This document shows, piece by piece, positions 57,123 to 64,000 of a DNA stretch of 64,000 nucleotides. This DNA is from an uncultured Gammaproteobacteria bacterium (GTDB lineage: Bacteria > Patescibacteriota > Patescibacteriia > SG8-24). The notes beneath the pieces were generated by a model. The model saw only the letters and a list, made by a program, of their open reading frames with translations, was not told where the DNA came from and did not search any database. Every line of letters starts with the position of its first letter. Position 1 is the stretch's first letter. Location of the stretch: assembly GCA_964491475.1 (NCBI GenBank), contig CAZBFO010000003.1:8766-72765 (forward strand), read 5' to 3'. The position numbers were made by a program, and so were the translations under genes.

Positions 57123-59174
57123 TCAGCGGCCGGAAGAGAATTGGAAGACGTCGTCGGTCATGGTGGCGATTTCGTAGGTGCCGTCGCCGTTGGTATCGGC
57201 TACCGCCACGCGCACGCCCGTGCGAGAAGCAGGGTCGGCGGCGAAGAATCCCTTGCCTTGCGGCACGCCGAAGCGGTTGAAGATGCGCACGTGCGGCCCG
57301 CCCCCCGGCCCGGCGCCGGTGACGATTTCCGCCTTGCCGTCGCCGTTCAGGTCGCCAACGGCAACGTTCACGCCGCCGCGGAAGCTGCGGTCGTAAGCAT
57401 ACCAGCCTTTGTCTATCAGCTTGCCAAAGCGGCTGAACACGCGCACGTGCGGCCCGCCCCCCGGCCCGGCGCCGGTAACGATGACCGGTCGTCCTGTCCC
57501 GTAGACGTCGCCGACTGCCACGCTGACGCCGCCGTGGAATCCGGAAGCGTATGCCATGAAGCTCGGTCCCAACGGGTTGCCTTCGCGATCGTAAACGCGC
57601 ACTTCCGGCGCGCTGCCCTGGGTGGCACCGACGACCACCTCGGCTTTGCCGTCACCGTTCAAGTCGCCGACTGCCACGTTCACGCCTTGCGTGTACCCGT
57701 CGCCGAAAGGGGAGAAGGAAGCCTTGAGAGTGCGGTCCGCAGCGTAGATGGACACCCGGCCCTTGGCCGCCACCACCTTTTCGATTTGACCGTCCTTCTC
57801 GATGTCGGCATTGATGATGCTGGCGCTGCCGTCATAGCCGCTCTCATAAGAGAAGAAGCCGTTGCGCAGCTTGGAGCCGTCGGCTCCGAACAGGCGCACG
57901 AACGAGCCGTTGCCGAAGACGGCATTGGCCACCGTCTCGATGCGCTTCATCAGCAGCAGGCCGTCGTTGGGCGGAATAGTCACCGTGGTCACCACCGACC
58001 CGTCATTGGTGGCAGGGTCTTGCGTGCCGTGCAGTTTTTCCATCTCGCCGTCCAAGCTAACGGTTTTGGGGTCGGAAGAAGAGTTGACCAGTGCGACGCC
58101 GTCCTGGAAGTCGCGGCGCCAGACGCTCGGCGCAAGGCGGCGATCGGCGGGGGCGAGGACGTTCACGGCGTCGCCGAGCGGTTTGCCCAGGTGCACGTCT
58201 TCCTCGTCGTAGCGCCACAGCTGTCCGTGGTCGCTCTCGCCGAAGTCGAAGCTGAAGAAGCCGTCGGCCATCAGGGTCGAGGCCAGTCCGTAGCGCACCT
58301 TCTTGTAGTCGGTGTCGCTGCCGGCGTTGGCCGTGTTTGCGTTGATGATGAACACCGGCGCGCTCCCGACCGACTTGTGCAGGCGCACGTAGTTGGACAT
58401 CACGCCCGACCACGATCCGCCCGCCTCCCACGGCGTGGGGAAGGACTCGAACATGCGCCCGTTCACGTACGGCTGGAGCGCGTCGGTGGAGTCGCCGTTG
58501 GTGACGATGACCGCGTCGGAGCCGAGCGCGTCGCGCGTGGCCTTGAGCATGTTGACCATGCCGCGCTGCCAGGCGACGTCAATCAGCGTCTTGTCGTCGC
58601 GAATGCCGTCGCGGTGCAGGTCCAAATTGCCGCCGTTCATCCACGAAGCGGTGGCGGAAAATTCATCGTAAAAAATGCCGTCCCAGTCGCCGGTCGACCA
58701 GATATCATCATGGACGAACTTGGGAAGATAGCTGTTCCATTCGGACGCGCCCGAGAGCACCGCCGTTCCCGGCCAGACGGAGACGCGGTTGCCCTGCGGA
58801 TCGAGCAGCCACCAGGAGTCCTGGATGCCGTCCCGGAGTTTTCGGTGCAGAGGATCAACCCACGAAAAGTTGTACGACTTGGTAGGCACGTATGCCAGGA
58901 TGATGATGTCCGGGTTCAGCTGCCGCAGTTTGGGAAACATGCCGGGGTTGTAGACCTGCGCCTCGGCAGGGAACACCAGCAGGTCGTACTTGGCCAGCTG
59001 CGGATACATCGACGGCGTGATGTCCGTGCCGGCCTTGAGGTAGTAGTTGGCGGTGCGCACGAACTTGTCGCTCGGCGTCTTGATCGCCGCGCGCGCGTCC
59101 GAGGCAAAAAGCGAAACGCCCGCGACCGCAATCGCGAGTGTCAGCGTCAGGCGTTGTGCGGCGAGTCGTTTCAT
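57123..59174 (-). CDS. Secreted putative glycoside hydrolase (TIM barrel, GHL15/GH114-like) with FG-GAP repeats
   Basis: Signal peptide; LRQLNPDIIILAY, WDGIFYDE, NGRMFE; repeats VAVGDLNGDGKAEIVTGAGPGGGPHVR. Confidence 0.78.
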   Translation of the reverse strand: MKRLAAQRLTLTLAIAVAGVSLFASDARAAIKTPSDKFVRTANYYLKAGTDITPSMYPQLAKYDLLVFPAEAQVYNPGMFPKLRQLNPDIIILAYVPTKSYNFSWVDPLHRKLRDGIQDSWWLLDPQGNRVSVWPGTAVLSGASEWNSYLPKFVHDDIWSTGDWDGIFYDEFSATASWMNGGNLDLHRDGIRDDKTLIDVAWQRGMVNMLKATRDALGSDAVIVTNGDSTDALQPYVNGRMFESFPTPWEAGGSWSGVMSNYVRLHKSVGSAPVFIINANTANAGSDTDYKKVRYGLASTLMADGFFSFDFGESDHGQLWRYDEEDVHLGKPLGDAVNVLAPADRRLAPSVWRRDFQDGVALVNSSSDPKTVSLDGEMEKLHGTQDPATNDGSVVTTVTIPPNDGLLLMKRIETVANAVFGNGSFVRLFGADGSKLRNGFFSYESGYDGSASIINADIEKDGQIEKVVAAKGRVSIYAADRTLKASFSPFGDGYTQGVNVAVGDLNGDGKAEVVVGATQGSAPEVRVYDREGNPLGPSFMAYASGFHGGVSVAVGDVYGTGRPVIVTGAGPGGGPHVRVFSRFGKLIDKGWYAYDRSFRGGVNVAVGDLNGDGKAEIVTGAGPGGGPHVRIFNRFGVPQGKGFFAADPASRTGVRVAVADTNGDGTYEIATMTDDVFQFSSGR

Positions 59175-59184
59175 GGAAGGGGGA

Positions 59185-59466
59185 TTACTCCTCGTCCTTC
59201 TTTTCCAGCGTTTTGGGATTCGGGCTGTACAGCCGGTTGCGAATCTTCCACTGGTTCACGAACTGCCCGATGCCTTCCTTGGCCAGCTTGTTGCGCACGG
59301 ACGGTCGATCTTGCGACCAGCGCACCAAGCTCTCAAAGTTAATCTTATACCTTCCGCGGATGACCACATAGGTCACGTCGCCGTCCGAGATGGCACGACG
59401 AATCGTCTTTGTGGAGATGCCAAAGAGGCGAGAGGCTTCGGATACGGACACGCGGATGATGCTCAT
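59185..59466 (-). CDS. Excisionase/MerR-like HTH (HTH_17) DNA-binding protein
   Basis: SVSEASRLFGISTKTIRRAI...GRYKI. Confidence 0.85.
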   Translation of the reverse strand: MSIIRVSVSEASRLFGISTKTIRRAISDGDVTYVVIRGRYKINFESLVRWSQDRPSVRNKLAKEGIGQFVNQWKIRNRLYSPNPKTLEKKDEE

Positions 59467-59477
59467 AGTAACCGAGT

Positions 59478-59506
59478 ACAGTAGCAGTTCTGCCTTAAAA
59501 TGTCAA
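59478..59506 (-). promoter_or_regulatory. Sigma70 promoter of the HTH gene
   Basis: TTGACA-17 nt-TACTGT. Confidence 0.68.
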
Positions 59507-59531
59507 CCCGACATTAAGGGTAAATCAGTGT

Positions 59532-59559
59532 TATTTGTCTACACCAGTGTAGACAAATA
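59532..59559. promoter_or_regulatory. Perfect palindrome with 13-bp arms (candidate operator)
   Basis: TATTTGTCTACAC-CA-GTGTAGACAAATA. Confidence 0.6.
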
Positions 59560-59774
59560 TGACGTTTCCGTCAAATGTTTTTATCGACCGAATCGACTCG
59601 CTAAGCGACGAAGTCGCTCCGTTACTTTTTGAAGCTCGTCACGTTCCCTAATGGTTGAGCTCAACCGCTCGGCATTTTTTTGACCTTAAATAAGGCCGAA
59701 AAAACAAGGCTCCTTCGTTGCCAATACGGCTCCGAACCCTTATACTCTTCGACAGCGCATATAAGGTCATGAGC

Positions 59775-59802
59775 TGTAACGCTTTTTTCTTTTTCTCGTC
59801 TG
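59775..59802 (+). promoter_or_regulatory. Putative ECF-type promoter
   Basis: TGTAAC-16 nt-CGTCTG immediately before the ECF start codon. Confidence 0.6.
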
Positions 59803-59805
59803 ATT

Positions 59806-60405
59806 GTGCAGAACCGTTTAAAAGAAAAGTTTCTCCTGTTTCGCATTAGGGCGAAAAAGGACCCTGAAGCGTTTGGCGCCATTTACGACGCCTACGTGAA
59901 GCAGCTCTACCGCTTCATCTACTTCAAGGTCGCGTCCGCGGAACAGGCTGAAGATCTCACCTCGGAAACTTTCCTCAAGGCCTGGCAGTACCTGAAGGAG
60001 AAGAGGGAAGTTCCGAACCTGCAGGCGCTCCTCTACAGCGTCGCGCGCTCGGTGGTCATCGACCACTACCGCTCGAACGCGGCTGAACGCGCCACGATCT
60101 CGCTCGACGAAAACATCGCCGACGCGAACGTGGACGTGGCCAGCGAGAAGTTCCTCAAGGACATGGAGACCAAGTTCGACACGACGCTCGTCCTGGAAAA
60201 GCTTCGCGGCTTGAAGGAAGAGTATCGCGACGTGGTCATCATGCGGTTCCTCGACGAGATGTCGACGGGTGAGATAGCGGCGGTACTCGGCAAGTCCGCC
60301 TCGAACGTCAGGGTCATCCTTCACCGGGCGACCAAGGCGCTTTCGGACGCCATCTCTCATGACCAATCGAGAACTCGGCACAATCCTGAAACAGACAAAG
60401 AATGA
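59806..60405 (+). CDS. ECF RNA polymerase sigma factor
   Basis: AEDLTSETFLKAW, LYSVARSVVIDHYR, EIAAVLGKSASNVRVILHRA. Confidence 0.93.
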   Translation: MQNRLKEKFLLFRIRAKKDPEAFGAIYDAYVKQLYRFIYFKVASAEQAEDLTSETFLKAWQYLKEKREVPNLQALLYSVARSVVIDHYRSNAAERATISLDENIADANVDVASEKFLKDMETKFDTTLVLEKLRGLKEEYRDVVIMRFLDEMSTGEIAAVLGKSASNVRVILHRATKALSDAISHDQSRTRHNPETDKE

Positions 60406-61420
60406 ACGACGGGGTGGCGCGCCACACGACGTTTGGGTTCAGCGTAATCGGGAAATTCTCCTGATGCAGGTCCGGAACACCACCGACCTCAACGCCAAGC
60501 CCAACTTCGGCGGCATGATGCGCGACCTCGTTTCTGTTTTCATGCCGATGGAAGGTTTGATGACCGTCGCTCATGGCGTCGGCATCTTCATGCTGGTGGT
60601 CGGTTCGGTGCTGGGCGGGGGACTCGCTTCCGCGCAGGTGTACCGCAACTCGGCCCCTGGCGAGATGCTCTATAATGTGAAACTTGCCGTGGAACGCGCA
60701 CAGCTTCTGCTCGCCCCCAATGATGACTACCGCACCGGCCTTCATGCCGAGTTCGCCGACCATCGCATCGACGAGGTGGCCAAGCTGGCAGAGGAGAACG
60801 CCTCGCGGCAGGCTCTGGTGCCGGGGGTGCTGGCGGCCTTCAACGGCGAAGTGGCCGCGCTGACCGCCGGCCTCGACGTGATGAAGGCGACGGATCCGCA
60901 GGGGACGGTAGAGGCGGCCAAGCTGATGGAACGGAAGATGGCGGTTTACCAGAACGAACTGCGAAAGGCATCGTCCACGCTCCCTCCCCAATACCAGCTG
61001 TCAGTAGCAGCGTCCCGCGACCTGGTGGACGGCACCACGCTCCGGGCCATCGCGGTCATCGTCGACAGCCACCTGGCAAACGCCGACTCCGTATCGACCA
61101 CCGTGGTCACCAACAAGTTCGAGGAGCGGCTGCAGCAGGCGGAAGACAACCTGAACGCCAACAGCTCCACCGACGCGGCCAAGACGGCGTCGGCCACCAA
61201 GGCCAAGGCGGCCATCGCCGAAGCCAAGAAGCTGCTCAAGGATCAGGACTACCGCGCGGCACTTTCCAAGATCGAAGAGGTCGCCCAGCTGACGAAGGAG
61301 GCCGAGGCAGACAGCGCGACTGTAACGCCCGCGCCCGCCGTAACGGACACCAACACGAACACGTCTGCTCCAGAGAAGGGGGCGGCATCGACGAACACGC
61401 CAACGCAGGTCAAGCAATAA
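60359..61420 (+). CDS. DUF5667-domain membrane protein (putative anti-sigma)
   Basis: TM then SAPGEMLYNVKLAVE...HRIDEV; overlaps the 3' end of the sigma gene. Confidence 0.78.
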   Translation: MTNRELGTILKQTKNERRGGAPHDVWVQRNREILLMQVRNTTDLNAKPNFGGMMRDLVSVFMPMEGLMTVAHGVGIFMLVVGSVLGGGLASAQVYRNSAPGEMLYNVKLAVERAQLLLAPNDDYRTGLHAEFADHRIDEVAKLAEENASRQALVPGVLAAFNGEVAALTAGLDVMKATDPQGTVEAAKLMERKMAVYQNELRKASSTLPPQYQLSVAASRDLVDGTTLRAIAVIVDSHLANADSVSTTVVTNKFEERLQQAEDNLNANSSTDAAKTASATKAKAAIAEAKKLLKDQDYRAALSKIEEVAQLTKEAEADSATVTPAPAVTDTNTNTSAPEKGAASTNTPTQVKQ

Positions 61421-61424
61421 AAGG

Positions 61425-61706
61425 GCCAGGCCCTACAAAGTCGCCCGAACCGTTCGGACGTCGCTGTAGGGTCTGGCTACCGACAGTCGGGCCGTGCAAT
61501 CAAGTTGTGGTGCAGGGGGACTCTCCCCGCATGGGGCAAGTCCCCCCGCCGCAACTCCGCACTGCCCGATGAACCGGTCGCTATGACCTGTATATCGCTA
61601 TTTACGTGATAGGCAGAAAGGTCGGGATCTCGAAAGGATCGCCTCCACGGTACATCAGCCCGGCATTCCCATTTAGTGAATGCGGGTAAACTACCGAAAG
61701 GCAGTA
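61425..61706 (+). ncRNA. Candidate structured RNA / long 5' leader of the S-layer-like gene
   Basis: Five to six consecutive stem-loops, several with G.U pairs and GAAA-type loops; no ORF. Confidence 0.45.
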
Positions 61707-61714
61707 CATCTCAT

Positions 61715-64000
61715 ATGAACGAAGTTATCAAAATGACCCGCAAGGCCGTCACCGCCGCCGTCGTGGCTGCGACGATCGCCTGGTCGGTGTCGCTTTCGGC
61801 CTTCCTCGCGCCGCTCGCCGCACAGGCAGCGACCGCAGGATCGCTCGTCAAGGCTTCCCTCCCGGCCGTCTACTACGTCGGTCAGGATGGCAAGCGCTAC
61901 GTCTTCCCTAACGAGAAGACCTACAAGACTTGGTACGCCGACTTCTCGTCGGTCATGACCATCACGGACGCCGAATTGGCAGCCATGTCGATCGGCGGCA
62001 ACGTGACCTACAAGCCTGGTGTCCGCATGGCGAAGATCACCACGGATCCCAAGGTGTACGTCGTCGACGCGCACGGCACCCTCCGCGGTATTTCCTCGGA
62101 AGCTGTCGCCTCCGCGCTCTACGGCGCCAACTGGAACAAGATGATTGACGACGTCCCGGATGCGTTCTTCACGAACTACACCGTGGGCTCGGATGTCACC
62201 TCGGCTTCCATGTTCAGCCCGTCCACGGCTTCGGCCGGCGCGGCGTCGATCAACCAGGACAAGAACCTGGGCTCGGCGACGACCGTTTCGGGCACGCTCT
62301 CCGCGATGCTTTCTTCCAGCCAGCCGGCTGGCGGCACGCTTCCGAAGGGCGCCATGGCTGTTAACGTCCTCAAGGTCGATGTCCACAACGGTGGCTCCGC
62401 CGCGATGACGGTTGACTCCGCCACCGTGCACCGCTCCGGTTCCGGTATTGTCGGCGACATCAAGAACGTCTATGTCTACGCTGGCAACGACCGCCTGACC
62501 ACGGGCCGCACCTTCAACAGCACGACCCACGACGCTTCCTTCTCCGGTCTCAACCTCGCGTTGGCCGCTGGCGAAACGAAGTCCCTCTGGATCGCTGTTG
62601 ACTTCTCGTCGACGGCTACCGCCTCCGACGTGCACTCGTTCTCGCTCACCAACCTGCAGTCCGGCAGCTCGATGGCCTCTGGCCTTCCGCTCTCCGGCTC
62701 GACCTTCACCCTTTCCGGCGCCTCCGCTGGCTCCGTTACGGTGCTGAAGTCGGGTACCATCACCAAGCCGAAGGCTGGTCAGATGGCCGCCAAGGTTGCC
62801 GAATTCCAGCTTCAGGCTGGCGGCAGCGAGGACATCACGCTTTCCCGCATCTCGCTCTACCAGAGCGGCGCGATTGGTCGCGACAAGCTGACCAACTTCA
62901 CGCTCAAGCAGGCCGGTCTGACGATCGCCACGGCTTCCGCGCTTAACGGCAAGGATCTCGCGGTGTTCGCTCTCTCCAACCCGCTCCTGATCGAGAAGGG
63001 CAACTCCAAGACCTTCCAGGTCTACGCTGACATCTCCGGTGCCGCTCGCACCACCGACACCATCATGTTCTACGTCGATCAGACGACTGACGTGCTGGCG
63101 CTCGGCGCGACCTACGGCTACGGCGTCTCCGTCGACACTGGTACCACCGGTACCTACGATGGCGCTGGTTGCGTCGCCGTTCCTGCCGCGGGCAACTGCT
63201 CCGCTGCTGGCGTCGATGCCGGTCAGCTCACCATCAACTTCAATGGTCCTTCCTCGAAGGACATCGCCGCCAACGCCAAGGACACTGAACTCTTCAACTT
63301 CTCCATGGCCGCCGGCTCGAACCTTGAAGTCCGCAAGCTTCAGCTTCAGCTCGACTCGGCCGGTGGTAACCTCCACAACGGTACCAACCCCCGCGTCACT
63401 GACGTGAAGGTCATCGACACCGCCACGGGCGCCGTCGTCGCCGGTCCTAAGGATGTGACCGCCGCCGCCACGACCGAGACCCTGTCGTACACCGAGGTGT
63501 TCAACCTGACCTCCGGTCAGACCCGCACCTTCAAGGTCACTGCCGATATCGCCAACGCCACCACGCTCGGCGCCATGAACAAGCTTCGTGTCACCCTGCT
63601 GACGTTCGGCACCAGCGACATCCGCAACCTTGATGCCAGCACCAACTTGGTCCCGTCCACGGACATCGTTCCGAACTCGGCCATCGCTGGTAACAACCAC
63701 ACCCTGAAGACCCCGACTCTGACTCTCGGCGTCGCCTCGACTCCGGTCGCCCAGACCTACATCAAGGGCAGCCAGAACGTCAACCTGATGGGCATCACGC
63801 TCAAGGCTGGCGATGGCGTTGACGTCAAGGTCGACTCGATCCAGCTCCAGGGCCAGATCGACACCAATGACGGTACGGCCACCTGCACCGTCGCACCGGA
63901 TGGCGCCTTCGCCAACGGTCAGGAAAACGCCGCTTGCTCGTCCATCGCTGACGTCGTCCAGACCCTCAAGCTCTGGAACGGCTCCACGCAGATCGGCACG
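61715..64000 (+). CDS. Large secreted S-layer-like surface protein (truncated by window end; absent from the ORF track)
   Basis: Open frame MNEVIKMTRKAVTAAVVAATIAWS...AQA-ATAGSLVKASLPAVYYVGQDGKRYVFPNEKTYKTWY; Thr/Ser/Gly-rich beta repeats; strongly biased codon use. Confidence 0.88.
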   Translation, partial: MNEVIKMTRKAVTAAVVAATIAWSVSLSAFLAPLAAQAATAGSLVKASLPAVYYVGQDGKRYVFPNEKTYKTWYADFSSVMTITDAELAAMSIGGNVTYKPGVRMAKITTDPKVYVVDAHGTLRGISSEAVASALYGANWNKMIDDVPDAFFTNYTVGSDVTSASMFSPSTASAGAASINQDKNLGSATTVSGTLSAMLSSSQPAGGTLPKGAMAVNVLKVDVHNGGSAAMTVDSATVHRSGSGIVGDIKNVYVYAGNDRLTTGRTFNSTTHDASFSGLNLALAAGETKSLWIAVDFSSTATASDVHSFSLTNLQSGSSMASGLPLSGSTFTLSGASAGSVTVLKSGTITKPKAGQMAAKVAEFQLQAGGSEDITLSRISLYQSGAIGRDKLTNFTLKQAGLTIATASALNGKDLAVFALSNPLLIEKGNSKTFQVYADISGAARTTDTIMFYVDQTTDVLALGATYGYGVSVDTGTTGTYDGAGCVAVPAAGNCSAAGVDAGQLTINFNGPSSKDIAANAKDTELFNFSMAAGSNLEVRKLQLQLDSAGGNLHNGTNPRVTDVKVIDTATGAVVAGPKDVTAAATTETLSYTEVFNLTSGQTRTFKVTADIANATTLGAMNKLRVTLLTFGTSDIRNLDASTNLVPSTDIVPNSAIAGNNHTLKTPTLTLGVASTPVAQTYIKGSQNVNLMGITLKAGDGVDVKVDSIQLQGQIDTNDGTATCTVAPDGAFANGQENAACSSIADVVQTLKLWNGSTQIGT

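Noticed and set aside
57285-57476. Two identical 36-bp direct repeats (57285-57320 and 57441-57476), CRISPR-like in length
   Set aside because: Only two copies, 156 bp apart, in frame and encoding TGAGPGGGPHVR of FG-GAP repeats; no cas genes
59532-59559. Palindrome as an NrdR box or dif site
   Set aside because: Does not fit the NrdR consensus (acaCwAtATaTwGtgt) or the XerC/XerD arms with a 6-bp spacer
61425-61706. RNase P RNA, SRP RNA or a known riboswitch
   Set aside because: Lacks GAGGAAAGTCC, the SRP domain IV core and recognisable riboswitch consensus; kept only as an unknown RNA candidate

Overview
High-GC bacterial chromosome segment. The gene content strongly suggests Patescibacteria/CPR, probably Parcubacteria (Uhrbacteria/Magasanikbacteria-like); this is an inference from the VirB2-like pilin fusions, the DUF5667/ECF pairs and the GSLVK..VYY..DGKRYVFP surface protein. 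Housekeeping genes: pth, der, lepB, hisS, rpsU, yqeY, ybeY, dgkA, ftsA, ftsZ, nrdR, pyk, infC-rpmI-rplT, smpB, tmRNA, tRNA-Val(CAC) and tRNA-Asp(GTC). Accessory content: (1) a ~15.7 kb surface locus in which a 782-aa and a 3601-aa Cys-rich protein both begin with a TrbC/VirB2-like pilin module, the giant one also carrying an internal type-IV-pilin-like segment; (2) a three-gene cassette (coiled-coil plus beta-barrel-like protein and two paralogous lipoprotein-like proteins) between wzz-like and wzy-like genes; (3) a Fic protein with a non-canonical motif; (4) two ECF sigma/DUF5667 pairs; (5) five dispersed sigma70 promoters sharing a conserved spacer; (6) several structured intergenic RNA candidates, including a ~290-nt leader before an S-layer-like gene that runs off the window end. 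No CRISPR array, integrase, transposase, reverse transcriptase or rRNA was seen. All assignments are by eye from motifs; no searches were run.
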